64,000 nt of DNA, taken from the NCBI GenBank assembly GCA_977862235.1, contig OZ374558.1, positions 2,046,001 through 2,110,000 on the forward strand, given 5' to 3'. Shown here in pieces: positions 46,223-57,425 of the stretch (position 1 is its first letter; every line of letters starts with the position of its first letter). This DNA comes from Dudresnaya verticillata (Eukaryota). The position numbers and the translations under genes were made by a program. The notes under the pieces are model-generated. The model did no database searches, was not told the DNA's origin, and was given only the letters and a program-made list of their open reading frames with translations.

Positions 46223-46883
46223 ATCGAGAAGAGTGTTGCACGGTAGAACCACTTATGCTTAACACAATAAACCCTGACTATGTCTTTCTTGAGAGGCCTT
46301 CGTACGCCGCACAACCAGTGTGTCTCGCCACTTTGCGGCGCCGAGCCGGTCAACGAGGGAAGGAATGCACCAGTCGTGGAGGCGGCCCCTGTCGCTCCTT
46401 CCTGTAGTCCAAGGTGGCACTCTGTACGGGCGGGCCGCAGACCGTTGGGTACACATCACGGGTAAAAGCGAGTACCATGAGTTCTGTTCGGTTAACGCTG
46501 CTTGCTAGATCGGATGGTAGATATCTAGGGAGGTGGTCTCCGACAGGGAGGTGATAGCGGAGGGTGTCCTGCACGAGCTCTGTTCAGGCGGCTTCGAGAA
46601 AAGGCGGGAGAAGTATTGCACGTCCGGGTTTGCAGTTGCCGGTCATGATGAATAAGGTTTTGGTGCATCTCAGCGACCAGGATGCACGGATCCAAGAGGT
46701 TTGATACTGTTGGGTTCAAGGCTGTCGATAGACGGCTGTGTTTAGTGGGGTGGTTTTGATCGGTCATCTTGGTTGTTAGGTGGTGGGAGGTGATGATTGG
46801 GTTGAAGTGGGAAGGGTATCTAGAGGAATTGTTTGTCTCTACTTCTATCCCACGTGCGCTGTAACATGCGAGCATTACCTTCG

Positions 46884-47291
46884 TTACCATACGCCTTGGA
46901 GCATAAACCCAGGAACATCATTAAAATGACGCGCTCTCTTCGGTATCATCTCATCGAAACGCCAGATAGCCACGTCAAGATCCACGATCTCAGACTTCCT
47001 GGACTCGTCACAGTACAAAACCAAAAACTGATTCGTCATGTAGGCAAATGTCGAGAAGAGTATTGCACGGTAGAACCGCTTATGCTTAAGACAATAAATC
47101 CTGACCATGTCGTTCGTGAGGGGCCTTCGTTTGGCGGGATCTTCATTTTCTTCCTTCCTTTCATTCTGGACATCCACCTTGACCGCCAAGACCGACAGAC
47201 GATTCTTGAGCTTACTAGAATGCTCAGAACTGGACGTTGTGTTCGGGCAGGACTTCTTGATGCGCCCGGAATGCGTTCCCCTCAGACTCAA
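46884..47291 (-). pseudogene. Tudor-like domain ORF, repeat family B copy
   Basis: Same domain as 40579..40842. Confidence 0.5.
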
Positions 47292-47555
47292 TCCCGGAGA
47301 AGTGTCCCTTCTGTCGTTGCGCGAGCAGTGACCTCATTCTTGTCGTTCATCGTGAAATGCAGGACTCCTTCTTTATCCGCAGTTATTTTGGTTGGAGTGG
47401 TTGTTCAACGGCAGAGGGATTTGCAGTGGGAAGGCAAACAGTTGTTGAGAAAGGGTGCGAAGACGGACGGTCTACGCTTCGAGGCGGAAGGGAGAGCCGC
47501 CTTCATTTGGATTTCCAAAGAAGGCCATTTGGCATACCATCAATATGACGTTGAT

Positions 47556-47898
47556 AGAGGGTGTCCTAATCGCTTTACACTTCTGAAAAGACATGCCAAG
47601 GGTAGCGAGCATAGGCCGAGCGTCCCACAACTCACACCCTTTTTGGGTACGCTGTTTGAATTGCAGCTCCAAATCGGGACTGTTAGTTGCACCCCAGCTT
47701 CTGGATGATGCTAGGTCGAGCAGTTTGTGGGTGGTTTGATACACAGCTTCTGGATGATGCTAGGTCGCGCAATTTTGTGGGTGGCTTCTTCACACAAGCA
47801 GCGATCCCATGACCGAGTTTTAACTCGGCCAAGCTGTATATAAGACTTACCCTACAGTAGCTCACTGTCCTACTCGGCAAGTTCTTTCCTTCGTTCTC
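47556..47898 (+). repeat. Terminal direct repeat A1 of YR retrotransposon (contains two ~50-bp internal repeats and TATA box 47837-47843)
   Basis: Matches 51634-51975 apart from a 1-bp indel (tttttgggtac vs tttttggtac). Confidence 0.95.
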
Positions 47899-47954
47899 AA
47901 GCCGGTTGAGAACAAAGGATTTCCGTCACTCCGACAGGCGAACCACTCAAACTC

Positions 47955-48548
47955 ATGACTGAACCAACCCCTCCCTCTTCATCTATCTCAATCTCTCCCG
48001 CCATTCCCAGCGATTATGCTGAACTTGCCAATCATTAGCTTGCTTCTGGCATGGTTGGCCGTAGGGCCCTGTGGCCTCGCTCCAGTCTCGTTCTTCCTAA
48101 CGAGGTGGGCTTCTTCAAGCCCGAGACTACCCTCTACCTGGAGACCCACCGCAAGGACCGCCGTAATGCCAAAGAGCTGGAGTATATTCACTCCGCTGGG
48201 TGCTGGATCGAGCAGTCTATGGCTGCTCTCTCGCTCCTCGGGGCGGAAGCTGATGTCGACAAGCAGTCCCTGCTTCTGGGGCTCATCGAAGAAGGTCTTG
48301 GTGGCGCTAAAGAAGTTCTCTCTATGCGTACAGCCCATTTCCAAACCGTTCTTTCGAAAGGACAGACTCAAGCCAATCAAATCGCTGAGCTTGTCGAGAC
48401 CCGTGTCGAAGCCAAGCGCCACCAGGTTCCCTCGGAAGCCTACGCAGACGTCTATCAGGAACTGTCTGCGAAATATGTCATCGAGACAGCCAAGAGTCTG
48501 GCTAAGGATGCTACCAGCGGTGGCAAGAAGCCAGACCACAAGGGATAA
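47955..48548 (+). pseudogene. Gag-like ORF1 of YR retrotransposon with one premature TAG (48036-48038)
   Basis: ATG 47955 is in frame with 48051..48548. Position is directly upstream of pol, and its stop overlaps the pol ATG (TAATG). Confidence 0.7.
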
Positions 48549-50587
48549 TGTCACCCGGACAGGACCGAGTGCAGGCCTCCTGGTACCAAGCGCGGTGGGC
48601 CGGCACGAGACAAAGAGCGCAGAACTGGGAGCAGATCAGCGCGTCCGCCTTTGTCAGCCGCGTTCTTATGTTTGGAGTGTGGGACCCTCCTCAACGCCCG
48701 TTCACCCTAGGACGGGAGCTTCCCTAGATCCCTCAGAGCCCAGAAGATCTCTCTTTTGGCCGGAAGGAGCTGTCGGAGGGGTGCACTATCGGCACTTACC
48801 AGCAGGTGAGTGCGACCTTTGCACATCAACAACTCAGCAATGGAGCTCTCATTTCAAGCGCATTTGTCACTTGGCAGAAAGGCAAACCCCGCTTCATCAT
48901 CAACCTAAAAGAGCAAAGCACCCATTGGGACAAAAAAGCCGTACATATGGATACACTGTGCAGCTTTGGGGCCTGCCTTTGCCCTGGCGATTACCTTTTA
49001 TCATTCGACTGGTCATCTGGGTATCCTCACTTCGCTCTTCATCGGAAGATGTGGAATTGGTTTCTTTTCAGGTACGATGGACAGTATTATCGATGTATCG
49101 CGTTGCCATTTGGTTGGACAGCCTCTCCGTTCTGGTTTACAAAAATTCTAAGCCCTTTGACTCGGTTTATGCGGAGCGAGCTGTGCCTTCGTGTCCTAGT
49201 CTGGCTCGACGGCTACCTAATCGCCCCTGGAGATGGCAGCAGACCGAGCACTCCAGAAGATTGCTGCATCACCTCTGTTCATTTGGACCAGCTGTTCACG
49301 ATGCTGGGGTTAGTTAGGCATCCCAGCAAGGGCATTTGGGGTCACGGCGCGACGAGAATCGAACATCTAGGGCTGGTTATCGACACTGTCGCATTTCGAT
49401 ACTTCGTATCTCCCTCGAAGCTTCAGCAGCTCCAAGAGATGTCCTCAGCTTTGCTCCGAACCGCAAGGCAGAGGAGTCGCTGGGTCCGCGAAACTGTACT
49501 TGCCAGTTTTTGTGGCCGTGCTGTCTCGCAGCTCATACCGCTCCCGCTGGCGCGCTTCTTTACTCGGAGCTTGTACGATGCTCTGAAGGATGTGGCGCCC
49601 AGGCGCGGCCGCTATCCGGAACGCACAGTGAAGCTGAGCCACACCGCGGTTCGGGATCTGCAATCCTGGTCTACGATGCTGGCCGGAGATGGACGGTTAA
49701 TTGGTGGCGGAAAACCTTCATGGTGCCTGCATACCGATGCAGCCGATGTAGGGTACGGTGCTACATTGGGTTCAGATATGCAGGCCGGATCCCCGGGAGA
49801 CATACAGGTACAAGGAATTTGGTCTCCCTTTCTTCGGTTGAAGTCCATTACGCTCCGGGAACTTGTTGCTGTCCGAATGGCTTTGGAGGATTCGATGATG
49901 CAGTCTCAAATTACCGGAGATCATTCCATATTGCTGTTACACGTGGACAATATGGCAGTCTTCCACATCATCTCCAACATGGTGTCAGCGAAGGCAGAAC
50001 TCATGGCAGAACTCCGTCGGCTACACCACCTCCTCGTCAGGATGAAGGTAACCATTCGCGCGGAGTGGCTTCCGTCGGCCCTCAACAAATACGCGGACAG
50101 CCTGAGTCGGACTTGGAACCCGCGAGACCTCGCAGCGACGCCATTATTGCTGCAGTCCGTAGCAACCTCGCTCCAATTACAAATCGTGCGGCGTTACTGG
50201 CCCCTCGGGGAAGCACCATCCGCACGCCGCAAGGTTATGATGGCCCAGTTCGCCGAGCACTGGGGAGACGAGAAGAGTCGTTTATGGAACCCTCCTCCGC
50301 CGTGGATTCCGTCCACGCTCCTCAAGATCAGAGAGGAAGGAGCGCACGGCATCTTAGTCGTCCCCTACTGGACCGGAGCGCCTTGGTTCGCACTATTGCA
50401 ACAGATCTCGCTCAACAGTCGCGTCATCAGTCCCGGCCCGGGCCGTCCTCTATTCACAAAAGAACAAGCCAACCCCGCCTGGGCGTTGTTATTGGCCGAA
50501 GTAGGGAAACCGCCGGTCAGGCCCTCCAAGGCAGAATCGCGTCTCTCGTCCCTTCAACTGCTGCCGGACGAGCTACAGTACGTCTAG
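48548..50587 (+). pseudogene. Pol ORF2: reverse transcriptase - RNase H - DNA N6-adenine methyltransferase-like; premature TAG at 48724 and catalytic WLDG
   Basis: RT motifs KPRFIINL, SFDWSSGYPHF, LPFGWTASP, WLDG, EHLGLVID. RNase H motifs HTDAADVGYG, ITLRELVAV, HVDN, NKYADSLSR. MT-like motif WNPP...LVVPYWTGAPWF. Confidence 0.92.
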
Positions 50588-51588
50588 CAGGGCGCTGCAT
50601 TGCGCCGTCCACTGACCGTACCAAAACAACTCAGTGGAGGAAGTTTGAGGGCTTTTGCAATCGGAATGGGCATTCTTCCCTCCCAGCAGGGGTTGGTACC
50701 GTTCTATCCTATGTCGGTTTCTTATTTGAAGAAAATCGCATTCATGGAAAGTCAGTGGACCACTACCTTTCCGCAATCCGGACGAGGCATTTGCGAGAAG
50801 GTTTGCCAGACCCTCTGGTAGGCAATCCTCATGCCGACCTTCTTCGTGCTTTTCGTCATCAAGACGACAATCGAGGGGCACTTGTAGACGTTCGAGCTGC
50901 TCTACCGGCTGCAATTGTCTTCAGGATCAGGCGTCGCGGCCTTCAAGCTCGTCCAGGTCCGCTTACGGAGCATCAGTGCGCTCTCGTGGAATTTCAATAT
51001 TTGATGACATGGCGGGAAAATTCTGTTCGAACTGTACAGGTCCAAGATATCAGCGTGGTTCGCGCTCCAGCTTCAGACACTTCACCCACTGTGCTCAACC
51101 ACATTACCATCACTGCACGACCCCGTTCTCTGAAAGGCAGATTGCTCCGAGGCGTTGGGGCCTGCGCCGTCACCTGCCGTCACAGTCCCGTTGGTTTTGC
51201 CAATCGAAACCCGCTCGCGCTACAGCTTCGCTTCTATGCTGGACGCTCCGCAGTTGCCCAAACCGACGACCTCTACTGGGCCCGTCAGGGCGTCGATCTT
51301 CGTCCACAAATCGTCAGTGATTCTCTTGCAGCGTGTCTCACAGATCTGCAAATAGTTCCGCCGCCGTTCGCCAGTTACACCTCCCACAGCCTCCGAAGCG
51401 GCAATGTTACAGCACAAGTCCTCCTCAACGTTCCCATGCCCGTCATCACAAACCGGGGCGGCTGGTGTAGCAGCAATATGGTCGTGAACGTCTACTTTGA
51501 CTCAAGGCTTCGCCTGTCTCCGGAAATGAATCTTTATTTCTGGTTGCTGAAAGACTCTTCTCGTCCTCCGCTCCCGCCCCCTCAGTAA
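50284..51588 (+). CDS. Tyrosine recombinase (ORF3), apparently intact
   Basis: Within 49336..51588; probable ATG 50284. N-terminal APST...QWRKFEGFC core-binding region; catalytic R (TWRENS), K (SLKG), HSLRSG, GGW and Y (VNVY). Confidence 0.92.
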   Translation: MEPSSAVDSVHAPQDQRGRSARHLSRPLLDRSALVRTIATDLAQQSRHQSRPGPSSIHKRTSQPRLGVVIGRSRETAGQALQGRIASLVPSTAAGRATVRLAGRCIAPSTDRTKTTQWRKFEGFCNRNGHSSLPAGVGTVLSYVGFLFEENRIHGKSVDHYLSAIRTRHLREGLPDPLVGNPHADLLRAFRHQDDNRGALVDVRAALPAAIVFRIRRRGLQARPGPLTEHQCALVEFQYLMTWRENSVRTVQVQDISVVRAPASDTSPTVLNHITITARPRSLKGRLLRGVGACAVTCRHSPVGFANRNPLALQLRFYAGRSAVAQTDDLYWARQGVDLRPQIVSDSLAACLTDLQIVPPPFASYTSHSLRSGNVTAQVLLNVPMPVITNRGGWCSSNMVVNVYFDSRLRLSPEMNLYFWLLKDSSRPPLPPPQ

Positions 51589-51633
51589 GCTCCACAAGTT
51601 CAACAAGCTTCCCTGTTTCGGTACCGGATTTTC

Positions 51634-51975
51634 AGAGGGTGTCCTAATCGCTTTACACTTCTGAAAAGACATGCCAAGGGTAGCGAGCATAGGCCGAGCG
51701 TCCCACAACTCACACCCTTTTTGGTACGCTGTTTGAATTGCAGCTCCAAATCGGGACTGTTAGTTGCACCCCAGCTTCTGGATGATGCTAGGTCGAGCAG
51801 TTTGTGGGTGGTTTGATACACAGCTTCTGGATGATGCTAGGTCGCGCAATTTTGTGGGTGGCTTCTTCACACAAGCAGCGATCCCATGACCGAGTTTTAA
51901 CTCGGCCAAGCTGTATATAAGACTTACCCTACAGTAGCTCACTGTCCTACTCGGCAAGTTCTTTCCTTCGTTCTC
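51634..51975 (+). repeat. Internal direct repeat A2 of YR retrotransposon
   Basis: Copy of 47556-47898, followed by a 169-bp unique tail with AATAAA at 52121. Confidence 0.95.
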
Positions 51976-53428
51976 CCACCCTCTCGCCCTGCTCTTTCTC
52001 TTCAAATTCTTTCCTTCGTTACACCATTCTACTTGGCATTAACGCCTCCAATCTCTGCAATTGTTCTAGCATTTACGCCTTCCTTGGTTAGTCATGGTTA
52101 CTGATGATTACTACTTCTCCAATAAAGTAATCATTTCCTTTTCATTTTTAGTAAAAAAGCCATAAAAGTTACCTCAAAAATCTCAGGATTGCGTTCGCCG
52201 CGCGATGGCATTTCGATCTTTTCGTACGCCGCTTGGGCACCGCTCCTATCGCTCGCGCAGCCTTCCCGACGCCCTTCGAAAGCCACTCCCATTCTCCGCT
52301 CAAACCTCTCCTTTCGTGCCGCATTCTTCCTCCCGGTGCCACCCTCTCCACACCGCCGGCTTTCCGCATGGACATCCCGTCCGTCACGCCGCCCTTCTCC
52401 CGCTCGGGGCATCTCTGTCAATAATCTCATGCCCGTGCTGCACGCAGCCTTCAACGTAGTTGGCGCGGCCGATCCTTCCTCAGCCATGCCCATGCCGACG
52501 TCGCGGCGTACGTCTGTGGCATTGTGCGCGAGCTCGCGCAGCACATTTATCTTGTACAGATACTGTTCTTTGCGGTGGGCATGCCCCAAGGGTCACGCAG
52601 TTTGCTTTCATTCACTTTTGGGCAAACATCGCTTCGCTCCGTTGCCACCAAGAGCAGGCAAGCCGCGAACATCCGGGTTACTCTCAGCACTGCGCTAGAA
52701 ATCCCCCTCTTCCAAGATCTGGCGCATTTGAGAACTGCCCAAGCAGCTTGAAGCAGATTCATTCCCTAATAGAAGGAGGACCCGAGTGCACGATGATGAA
52801 CAGCAATGTTTTGCCTAAGGGCATCAGGACGACATCGGTTTTCGCGTCGCTGAGGGCACGATGCAGCAAAGTCAAGGGGCAGGCAACTCTCCGGGATATC
52901 ACCTCGAAAAACCAAGATTTCTCAGCTTGATGGCATCCAGCTGAGCAAGACTCCGTCATAATCCTTTGCATTCTTTGCGAGTCACTGTTGTATCTGGACC
53001 AACAAAGCAGGTAAAAACACGACGCGCACTCTACATATGGAAATGATGAAGGCCGAAGCGAACAGGATGCGTCCCAGCGAATGCTTAAATGGTGACGAAG
53101 AGCTCAGAACAGTCTTACGAAATCGAACTCATATCTGCTTCAGCGTTTCGTTCGAATCAACGCCTGTGACGCTGCCTGTGTACAGGAACTGCCCAAATCC
53201 CTCAAGACGCATATCTGCAGTGGTGTGCTCACATTTGTCGGCGCCCGTCCCCCCCTGCTCCGCCTCACCATACCCCTCCTCTCCCTCCCAAGTTTCAAGC
53301 ACATCCTCCACCGTCTTCGACCGCTCGGACACACCCGCACAACCTTCGCCGGCCCTCTCTCTCTGTTCCCTCATCTCTCCCCGCCGCTGCCTCGAACCTG
53401 CCCTCCACCTCGCAACGGCAACCTCACC

Positions 53429-53881
53429 ATGAGCTTCCAGCACAACGACCCGCCGCTTCCGTCCTCCTCGGCCCCGGTCCCAGCCTCTACTGCCGCCCAG
53501 ATCTACATCCAGCTGGGCAAGATCGATGCCCCGAAAAGAGCCAAGGCCAGTCGTGCCAGCCCGCACCTACCCGCCGAGAAGGGAAACGCAGAGTTGGCCG
53601 CAGCAATCGCTGCCAATTGCCAGGATCCGGGCCGCAATGCCAATGATAGATTCAAGCTCACCGTCGCTGGGTGCAACAATTCCTTCCTGTCCAGGTACAA
53701 CATGAAGGCCCATGCTAGCACTCTCTTCAACCAGACTCCGTACATCTGCAAGGACATTGACAGCAGGAATAGGAAAAATCTCCCGCTGTATTACCTTATG
53801 GTGCGTACACTCTTCTCACAACGAGGTCCTCCTATCCTTGAAGGATGCTCTTGTTATACTGCACAATCCTGTGGCCGTTAG
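53429..53881 (+). pseudogene. Degenerate C2H2 zinc-finger gene
   Basis: RFKLTVAGCNNSFLSRYNMKAHASTLFNQTPYICK matches F.C...GC.K.F...YNLK.H...H...KPY.C, with the first Cys and last His replaced by Leu. Confidence 0.65.
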
Positions 53882-53918
53882 AAGGCTATTCATACTTTAC
53901 AATCGGTCTCTACAGTAC

Positions 53919-54023
53919 CTGGCTCCACTTATATCTTCTATATGGTTTTACTACTCCATCTGTGCACATTAAATGTGCACAGATGGAGTAGTAAAACCAT
54001 ATAGAAGATATAATTTGAGCCAG
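53919..54023. repeat. Perfect 42-bp-arm palindrome (53929-54013, 1-nt spacer), extended by 7 bp after a 3-bp mismatch
   Basis: ttatatcttctatatggttttactactccatctgtgcacatt-a-aatgtgcacagatggagtagtaaaaccatatagaagatataa; outer pair ctggctc/gagccag. Confidence 0.97.
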
Positions 54024-56537
54024 AGAAATTTTCTCTGCGCATATGCACACTACTGTGTATTCATTGTATCTTGATGTAATTGTTATAGAGAACCCGTATT
54101 TTGTTGTAATGTGCTTATTAGAGCCCCTGCTGATAGTGGGCTAGTTTGGATACGTCTGCAGTTTTAGGCAGGTTTACGCAGATCAAATTCGCTATAAGTA
54201 CCACAGGCTAGAGTAGACGAGCCGACTCTAGAAATCAAGTCGGACAGAAAAACCCCACAGCCAGCAACACAATATTCTCTATTCAACTCAACCTGCCACT
54301 CCTCGCCCAATAAGGCGCCCGCTGGTCGAAGGAGGCCAACTGCGGTAAGCGGTGTAGTAGTATGGCGCGACGAGCCAGTAGCCCGCTAAAACGGCAAGGA
54401 CAGCTGTCCCGTGCGCGCACACACCCTAACGAGGGTAGCTCAATGGGGAGTTGGTAGAGACTTTGAGGGAAAAGGGGAAAAAGGCTAGTGTGCCTGAAAG
54501 AAAGGGAAAAGGGGCGGCGCCACCCTAACACTCGTAGAGTACAAAGCCGTACGAGGCTAAAGCTTGTAAAGCACCTGGAAGGGGGAGTACGGTGAGCCCG
54601 TGTAGACCAAAGAAAGGGTACAGACCCGAAACCCACCGTGGGGTTCTGTTCAGCAGACCCCTGCTAGTCAGGGGCGCAATAAATATGGCGAAGACCGGAA
54701 ACCCCTTCGCCGCTATTCCTATTCTAAGCTATTGAAGTTAGCGTTAATACTTACAATGAGGTAGTGAGCGGTCATACTCCGCCCTGCGCACGTAAGGTGC
54801 TTATGACTCGGGCGCGCTCCTGCGCGTAAGGCCATGGTAAATCAGCCAATCACGGCTAGCCATCTCATGGGCGCCGTGCTGTTCCCAGCAATGCCATATG
54901 GAGTGGCCAACAATGCACCGGGCCTTACAGGGCGGCAGTATGGGCGGCGCCTTACAGGCGCATGCCACGCGAAATATTACCCGTGCATTACAGGGGCAAA
55001 ACACGTGTACGTGCTTTCAGCCGCTGGCGGCTCATTGTACCACAAGCGGTTCAAGTGGAAGAGCAGCTTGTTACATCATTGCAGGTCCCACGGCATCAAG
55101 TGCCTCGCTCGCTTATAATCAAGAGAGTCAGAGTCAGGGCGTGGCGAGCGCGGGCGCAGCTGCTGCGCGTGCTGCAAAGCTGCCCTAGAAGCATAACCCC
55201 GATCACATCAACACCACTCACATCGCCATTGTCGGTGGGCCGCGTGCTAGCGAGCCGGTCAACGCCACGGCTGCAGGCGTTCCATCTGGCAATGCGCTGC
55301 GGGTCTGAATGGAGTGATCGGGTTTGGAGACCTGATGCGCCGGATCGATAGGCGCTGATCAGCTTCCGGGTGAGCACCTGGAGAGCTTCATGCAGGGTGA
55401 CCTCATGCCTGGGCAGCATGACTAAGAAGCAGATGCAGGAGGAGCTCAGCAATCAACATTGTTGCACTAATCGACTGTGCATTAACTTGTTTCACCCCGT
55501 TTCGCTTTTCCCTGTTGTGAATACTCTTGTGGATATCTGCTTATGTTTGTTTTGTAAATCTCACTGTGTTTGGAGCGCTAGCTGCACTTGATCTTGTATA
55601 TATCGCTTTACTCTTCTGTTGCCACTGGGAGCGCGGCCACTACCTCTGCGATCGATGCGAAGACGAATCCCAGATGTTTGGTTTAGAACGAATGGATGAT
55701 GAATGGTCTGTGACGATTGCGTTGAGAGGGTTGGAGGTGGGCGGCATGCTCGCGCAAAAGTGCACGATCCGCTGGGTAAGGAGAGGGGGATTAGGGGCGG
55801 CGATTGGGAAGGTTCGTAAATGCCACCTCGCTTCCAGCTTCCGGTCGTGGTGATCGGCAAGTCGGAGGGTGGAAGGCAGGGTATGCCTGGACGATACGGG
55901 TGCACTTCGCGGGCCTGCGAGGGACGTTTACCATTCGGCTCAGATGGAGGCGGAAATGTCGGCATAGTGTGAGGGGCAGCGGAGGTATTCCTGGAGTGTC
56001 GATAGTGGAGCATATGGATAGCGTTGCGTTGATTGTTTGCTGTGTGTGCCGGCAGGCAGGCAGCAGTGAGCTTGCGCGAGCGCGCGAGTTTCCGCAGTCC
56101 TGCGGATAGCTTGTGTTGGATGGATGCCGCGGTTTGCCCTTTGCCTCGTGGACCGGAAGGCTGGATCGTGGGCAAACGCGTTTTTTACGGTTAGCTCAGG
56201 TCAGGGAATTGGGTGACTTGGAGTTTGCAGAGTATCAGAAACTGGCGCGAAAAGTTTGCCGTGGAAACTGGTGAACAAATTCGTCGGCCGCTTCCAGTGT
56301 TGACGAAACACCCGCATGCTGGGAAAGTCTCTAAACACATTTATGGGCCTTTCCGTCCATACGCGTTGCCTGTCCGCACCCCTGCTACACCAACCTGCTA
56401 CATCCGCCCACCGTTTTCTCTCTCACAGACCTCCTCTCCCTTTCCACGCAGCCTCCGCTCGAGTCGCACGTCAGTTGGCGTGTCAATCCCTCGGTCCCAA
56501 ACTGTTCCCAGCCTGCAACCGCACCACCGCCGACAAG

Positions 56538-57425
56538 ATGAACTCCCCTGCAAGGGCCGGCCCTGGTCACCGGCAAACAACTTCAATCGCCGGGCCTGGA
56601 CCAAAGCCTCAGCAACACCGTTCCGCCAAGCCCAAGAAGGAGACCTCGTTTCTCGACAAAAGAGCATCGAGCAAGGTCTGTTCAGGCCAAGCCGAGTCCA
56701 CAGCACGGGTGCCCGCTGCACTTGGGCGTTCTGATGTATCACGTGCTCAGAAGAATAGTGCGACCAGTACTGAGGGCGGCAAACTTCAGCAAAAGCGTCG
56801 CTCTTGTAGAGAGGCCTACAAACTTGTGGGCTTCCGTCTACCCGAGAAGCGACTTCCGATGCCTGATCCGCTCCCTCTCAAGCCTGTTGTGCGTTTCGCA
56901 AAGCCCAGCAGCGAAACTCTGTGGTCCATGATTCGAGACGACGAGTGCAAGTTGGAAGAGTTGTTCAAGCGACTTTCCAACCGTCCAGCCTACCACCCCG
57001 AAGCGCAAAGGCAGGTCCTCGACATCAGTAAGAAATGCTTCGACAGTGTGTCCCAACGCCGTGAAGTTATCAAAGGGGAGCTGAAGGCGTACCAAGAGAA
57101 GCGTAAGGTTGTCTGCAATAGGGAGGTGAACACAAACACAAGCGGTGAAAAGAAGAGCTTGAATTCGTGGCAGGTAGTCGAGGAGCGATCATCTGCTACG
57201 AAAACCAAAAGGATCGAAGAGGACATTGGGCATCTCCAGAGGATTCTCCGGGAACAGGACGGATTGTACAACTCCATTCGATACCAGCGTCGGGATGTAA
57301 AGCGCGAGATTGGAGTCGTTAAGGGAAGAATTTGGGATGCTTGCAAGAGGCATTGGAAAGCTCAAAATGCCTGGTTTCTCAATGAAAGGATCTTCAGCGC
57401 TCAGAGAAGCATGGGGAAGAAGTGA
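56538..57425 (+). CDS. Hypothetical basic coiled-coil protein
   Basis: Long unique ORF (56316..57425; likely ATG 56538) with heptad-like, charged C-terminal half (RREVIKGELKAYQEKRK, IEEDIGHLQRILREQDGL). Confidence 0.55.
   Translation: MNSPARAGPGHRQTTSIAGPGPKPQQHRSAKPKKETSFLDKRASSKVCSGQAESTARVPAALGRSDVSRAQKNSATSTEGGKLQQKRRSCREAYKLVGFRLPEKRLPMPDPLPLKPVVRFAKPSSETLWSMIRDDECKLEELFKRLSNRPAYHPEAQRQVLDISKKCFDSVSQRREVIKGELKAYQEKRKVVCNREVNTNTSGEKKSLNSWQVVEERSSATKTKRIEEDIGHLQRILREQDGLYNSIRYQRRDVKREIGVVKGRIWDACKRHWKAQNAWFLNERIFSAQRSMGKK

Larger units (their letters stand above)
47557..52144 (+). mobile_element. Full-length DIRS/PAT-type tyrosine-recombinase retrotransposon (4588 bp), mutationally inactivated
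   Basis: Gag-like ORF, RT-RNase H-methyltransferase-like ORF and overlapping YR ORF. Ends are fixed by the empty site cattgata|tttttagtaaaaaagcc (reverse complement near 59485-59510). No TSD (1-bp 'A' ambiguity). Confidence 0.95.
45352..53232. repeat. Left arm of older inverted segmental duplication (contains the DIRS insertion)
   Basis: 45352-47556 plus 52145-53232 is the reverse complement of the contiguous 58485-61671 (e.g. ORF 45452..46009 vs 61014..61571), with scattered substitutions. Confidence 0.92.

Noticed and set aside
48016..50283. 433-aa ORF 48016..49317 and the N-terminal 316 aa of ORF 49336..51588
   Set aside because: Alternative frames overlapping gag/pol with no motifs. Long overlapping frames are common in DIRS elements, and function cannot be supported here.
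54075..54755. Possible solo LTR (tgtaa…ttaca, TATA, AATAAA)
   Set aside because: No TSD, no convincing PBS and no second copy in the window.
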